Origin: Selaginella moellendorffii
Lineage: Eukaryota; Plantae; Lycopodiophyta
Reading direction: 5' to 3'
Assembly: GCF_000143415.4 (NCBI RefSeq)
Contig: NW_003314317.1
Span: forward strand, 372,001 to 436,000
Length of the DNA: 64,000 bases
The number at the start of each line of letters is the position of its first letter. Position 1 is the stretch's first letter. Under the pieces are notes generated by a model, which made no database searches, had not been told where the DNA came from, and was given only the letters and a program-made list of their open reading frames with translations. Shown in pieces: positions 57,877-64,000 of this stretch. The position numbers and the translations under genes were made by a program.

Positions 57877-59193
57877 TCACTTGAGATACTTGGAGAACCA
57901 CGCTTCGAAGCGTGCCCAAGCCTTTTCCACGGCCTCATTGTCATGGTCCGCGAATCCACACTCTTTATTGCGCTTCACAGCTTCGTCCGAGCTATTCATG
58001 AAGGCGTGGCCGTTGTTTGGATAGATTATTACCTCCGAATCCACTCCAGCCGCCTCCAAATTCTTCTCCAGAGCTTTTGCTGCCTGGAAGAACGCAGCAA
58101 ACATGAGATATGCTAATGCTTCATGAGGAAAGCTCGCAAGAAAAAAGATCAAGCCATGAGAATGACAAAGAGAAACGATGTGTGACAATGCAAGTAAGCT
58201 TATGACCAGTTCCAAAAAACTTAAGCTTGAGAGTAGGCATCAAACGATCAAGCACTGGAATGGAAATTTTCTTACCGCAACATCGGAAAAGCCTGCCAGT
58301 TGATCGAGCTCCCCGAAGTGAGCTTGAACTGGTATCTTCAACTTGGAGGTGTCGGCGAGGTCGGGCGATGGCGTCCCGTAAAAGGCCACCACGGCACTCA
58401 CATCCGGGACGAGAACGCCAGCAGCCAGGGACAATGCTCCTCCCATGCAAAAACCTGTCACTCCAACCTGCAAAGTTCATTAGAAACATCAATCTCTCAT
58501 CAAGGCAGGAAACTCTAAAAGACTCCAAAGAACCAACGATCGAGCAAGCATTTCGAAGAACCAAAAAAACTTGGATCAATCGATCAAACATTTGGAAGAA
58601 CAAAAAAAACTTGGATCAATCGAGCAAGCATTTGGAAGAACCAAAAAAAACTGGAAGAAGTACCTTCTTTGATCCGTGCTCCTTAAGCCACTTCACTGAC
58701 GCAGCCACGTCTTTCACAGCCCCAGGCCAGTCCAGCGATTCCATAAGATGCTGTGCTTCGGCAGCGTCCAATCCAAGCTTGCCACGATACAAGCTACGAG
58801 GCAAAAGAAAGAGGAAAGAGTCCAACAAACGGGCAGTGAATGGAGCGCTTACTCTGGTATGAGCGATCGAAATCCCTTGCTAGCGATCGTTTGCGCGTGA
58901 TTTTTCACCTCATAATCGACGCCCCACCACTCCTGGAGCACAACCACGCCCGGCGCGCCTTCTTCCCCCACAATGTACGCATCAAACGTCTGGAATTCAA
59001 GCGAGATTTCATCGATCCAAGAAGCAAATGGGAAAATACTCACAAAGTCGTCGCCGTTGCCGCGATGGATCTGCACTTTCTGGAATGCAGAGCTCGCCAT
59101 TGCTCGGAATCGCGGCCTCAGCGATGGAATGGAACGAATCCTCGCGGCAGCGCTCCCCACTGCTCTCCAGCTACGCAAATAAGCCACGCTCAT
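57877..59193 (-). CDS. Dienelactone hydrolase family protein with N-terminal targeting-like peptide, spliced
   Basis: GVVVLQEWWGVD, LYRGK, VGVTGFCMGGALS (nucleophile Cys), FYGTP, QAHFGELD, YP..GHAFMN. Confidence 0.93.
58539..58654. repeat. ~40-bp tandem repeat x3 inside a DLH intron
   Basis: atcgagcaagcattt(g/c)gaagaaccaaaaaaacttggatca units. Confidence 0.85.
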
Positions 59194-59601
59194 GATGAAA
59201 AGCCCTAGATACTTGGCAACTTAGAACAAAGAGTTCTTGCTAATGGGTCATTGCAATTTGTGTGAAAAATCTACACAAGTGGTTTCATGGTGTAGTTGGT
59301 CATCACGTCAGTCTAACACACTGAAGGTCTCCAGTTCGAACCTGGATGAAGCCACAGATAGTTTTTTTATATTTTCTTTTTTTTTTCTCACGACCATTTT
59401 TTTTGACCATGAAGCTTACCAGCTCGTCAAACACAACGGCTGTGATTAGGCCATTGTCCCACTACAAAGGCGCTCAAGGCGCCACTGGCCTCGCCCTAGG
59501 TAGCGCGCGCGCGATCGATCGAGAGGTGAGATGGCGCCAGATTGGAGTTCTTGGCCATGGCGCCTGACGAAATCCCTTGTTTTCCAGGAATCTAAAGCGC
59601 T

Positions 59602-61442
<1,841 letters not shown>

Positions 61443-61600
61443 AGACGTTCCTCTCGCACTTCATCGATTCTCTATAAGTTTCTGGAGAGATTAAATTAGT
61501 CTTAATATCCGATGGCCACCATTGGCCGGATCCGGCGGCCCAAAAGTTCAGCAACTCATGCCAAAAAGATACAGGTTTATTTTGTGCTCAACTGAGAAGC

Positions 61601-61950
61601 ATGGGAATAGTGAGAGTTCTGAGAGATGACGGCACCGAGATTTTCAAGATTGACACTAACCATGCATCTTATATCTTTGATTTCTTGGAGGACCATGGAA
61701 TGAAGAAAAGTTCCTATGATCTTGTTAGAAAAGATGGCACACATGTTACCAGGAGTTGCGACAGTGGCGATGTGTACCTAGTTCCCAAGCTGTCTCTTGC
61801 ATGTCAGGCTGGAAACGCAGCAGCGTGTGTGGCAGAAATCACTAGCTGTGCTAAAAAGATGGTAAGTCTGAAAAAGCTTTAATCTTTTAGTGGTTTATAT
61901 GCAAAATACTGCAGGAAATCTGGGTCAAGTCTATCGCTACAAACCGTTAA
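61601..61950 (+). CDS. Unknown ~98-aa protein, tandem family copy 1 (intron 61862-61914)
   Basis: ORF and GT-AG intron are conserved with copy 2; last exon EIWVKSIATNR*. Confidence 0.65.
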
Positions 61951-62391
61951 GTACAAAATCAAACAAGGCTGAAACTGGCTCTTCAATCTCTTCAATATTC
62001 TTTTGGTTTTCTAGTTGTAAGCTGTTGTAGGGAGTTCACTTTTTATAAAATCAATATAAACCACAGAATGGAAACTTTTTGCATTTCAAGAAGGCTTTCG
62101 GAAGTCGACAACGTCCAAGGTCTCCAGAGGACGTTGCTGCTTTAACCGTGCAAAGTCGAACGTTCCAAGCTGCCAAGCAGCGACACTCTTGCCGAGTGTC
62201 TGTTCAAGACTCAAGCAGAGTTCCAGCTAAATAATTTTCTGTGCCCCGGGGTGAAGAATCGATCTTCAGTTTCTGCGCAATTTCTTTTCTACAAATATAA
62301 TTTTGCTTTGGCCAAGGATAAATCCGATGGCTGTCATTGGCCGGCCCAAGAAGGTAATTATAGACAGAGTGTAGGGTTTTTCTTTTAAGGG

Positions 62392-62747
62392 ATGGGTTTG
62401 GTGAGACTTATGAGAGATGATGGCACTGAGATTGCCAAGATGGAAGCGTATTCTACATCTTGTATCATTGGATTCTTGGAGGACCATGGAATGAAGAATG
62501 TTAAAAGTTGCTATGATCTTGTCAGAAAAGATGGGACACATGTTCTTAGCGGCTGCAGCAGTGGCGATGTGTACCTAGTTCCCAAGCTGTCTCTTGCATG
62601 TCAGGCTGGAAACACAGCAGCATGTGTGGCAGAAATCACTAGCTGTGTTAAAAAGATGGTAAGTCTAAAAAAGCTTTAATCTTTTAGTGGTTTATATGCA
62701 AAATACTGCAGGAAAGCTGGGTCAAGTCTATGGCTGCAAATCGTTAG
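62392..62747 (+). CDS. Unknown ~100-aa protein, tandem family copy 2 (intron 62659-62711)
   Basis: Frame-preserving divergence from copy 1; last exon ESWVKSMAANR*. Confidence 0.65.
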
Positions 62748-63537
62748 AGGTTCAAAATCATTTGAAGTTTGAACAAGGCTTTGGTTTTTCATTTTATCAA
62801 CAAGAAAACTGTTTGATTCCATATTTTTTAAGTCCTTTGCAGACAGACCGAAATAGTTTCAGAGTATAGGAAAGAATGATCACATATAAATATTTTCACG
62901 GCCAGCACATCAATACAATATAAGCCACAGAAATGGAAAGTTTTTACACGTCAACAACGTCCCAGTTTCGCACGACTGCAAAGTCTGAAGTTTCGAGCTG
63001 CCAAGCAGCGTTGCTCGACGCCGCTGCTGCTGGAGTCGACTGCTCGAGAACCGCGGCGGGAGATCGTATCTAGAACTGGTCTCTGCCGGTGTAAAATTTC
63101 GGAGCCGTCCTCGTCAGCCGGGCGATTGAAGGATTGAAGCTTACGTACTTCTTGAGTCGCACTGTGGGAACCGATGGAGAAGAAGCAAGAGAAAATTATT
63201 TGCAGAGCTCGCTCGGAAATCTACAGCGTACCACTGACTTACAAGCTCAGCTCCCCGTCGCACCGGTGGTGCCGGAGCTACCGTGGCCATCACCATCGCT
63301 TTTAAAAAATTCTTGGCGCCCCGGGAGAATTTAAATTCATGTCAAGATATTGAGATGTCATTGATCTTCGGTTTCCCGCAATTTTTTTTCTACAAACACA
63401 GAAAGAGAAAGAAACGCTGGCCCAAGGGAAGAGCAGTGAAAAACTTCGGGCTACAAGACGTGTAGTCGTGCTTCCTCGTGGCTGGAGGAACCAGAGCTGG
63501 AGGATCCTCAGTCAGAGCTGGCGCTGCAATATTGTTA

Positions 63538-64000
63538 CCTGGAGAAATTAGAGCTGGATTCTTTAGTTCCAGGCGACGCTTTTGGCGAGCCACGCTGCGT
63601 GAGAATATCATATGCCGCGTCCATGGAGTCTTTGAAAACAGCCATGGATAGCATCGAGCAGTCCTTGACACTAATTAATATTGAATGAAGACGTTGCATT
63701 TCATCGATGCTCTATACGTGTTGACGATTTCTGGAGAGATTAAATTAGTCTTAATATCCGATGGCCACCATTGGCCGGATCCGGCGGCGCAATAGTTCAG
63801 CAACTCATGTAAAAAAGATACAGGTTTATTTTGTGCTCAACTGAGAAGCATGGGAATAGTGAGAGTTCTGAGAGATGACGGCACCGAGATTTTCAAGATT
63901 GACACTAACCATGCATCTTATATCTTTGATTTCTTGGAGGACCATGGAATGAAGAAAAGTTCCTATGATCTTGTTAGAAAAGATGGCACACATGTTACCA
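63538..64000 (+). repeat. Recent duplication of ~61295-61750 (PAT 3' end, intergenic region, start of family copy 1)
   Basis: Near-identical sequence at an offset of ~2246 bp; runs off the window. Confidence 0.93.
63850..64000 (+). CDS. Tandem family copy 3 (partial, window edge)
   Basis: Identical to 61601-61750 as far as visible. Confidence 0.65.
   Translation, partial: MGIVRVLRDDGTEIFKIDTNHASYIFDFLEDHGMKKSSYDLVRKDGTHVT

Noticed and set aside
58539-58654. Short repeats as a CRISPR-like array (also 28740-28975 and 49115-49220)
   Set aside because: Eukaryotic locus with no unique spacers and no cas genes; these are intronic, coding or leader tandem repeats.

Overview
Eukaryotic nuclear DNA from a very compact land-plant genome. 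The ~50-70 nt introns, intergenic gaps often under 300 bp, a PLS-PPR rich in short 31-aa motifs, divergent F-box genes and a cilium-type gene point to the lycophyte Selaginella (inference). About 20 plausibly intact protein genes are present: phosphoglycerate-mutase-like, CYP59, METTL21-type methyltransferase, BT1 folate-biopterin transporter, a dirigent-like secreted protein, a secreted Pro/Asp-repeat protein, SERINC, prolyl 4-hydroxylase, DRC8/EFCAB2-like, GOT1, SOSEKI, PPR, MPC, TLC, ArfGAP, F-box, DRD1/CLSY-type SNF2, dienelactone hydrolase, prephenate aminotransferase, and a tandem family of ~98-aa proteins. There is also one tRNA-Leu(CAA). Two LTR elements have recognisable TSDs: a young 5-kb non-chromoviral Gypsy and an old 1.6-kb non-autonomous element. 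Several pseudogenes (FY, Crinkler-like NTPase, F-box) and many eroded local duplicates fill the rest. The strongest findings are: (1) a -1 frameshift cassette (heptamer, 6-nt spacer, H-type pseudoknot) overlapping a UAAUG stop-start at the Gypsy gag-pol junction; (2) a secreted six-repeat KMDD..APPP candidate peptide precursor; (3) a CYP59-methyltransferase-BT1 duplication with reciprocal loss that gave the methyltransferase a CYP59-derived C-terminus; (4) a 57-nt U12-type intron. All calls were made by eye, without database searches. Coordinates of spliced genes span first to last coding base.
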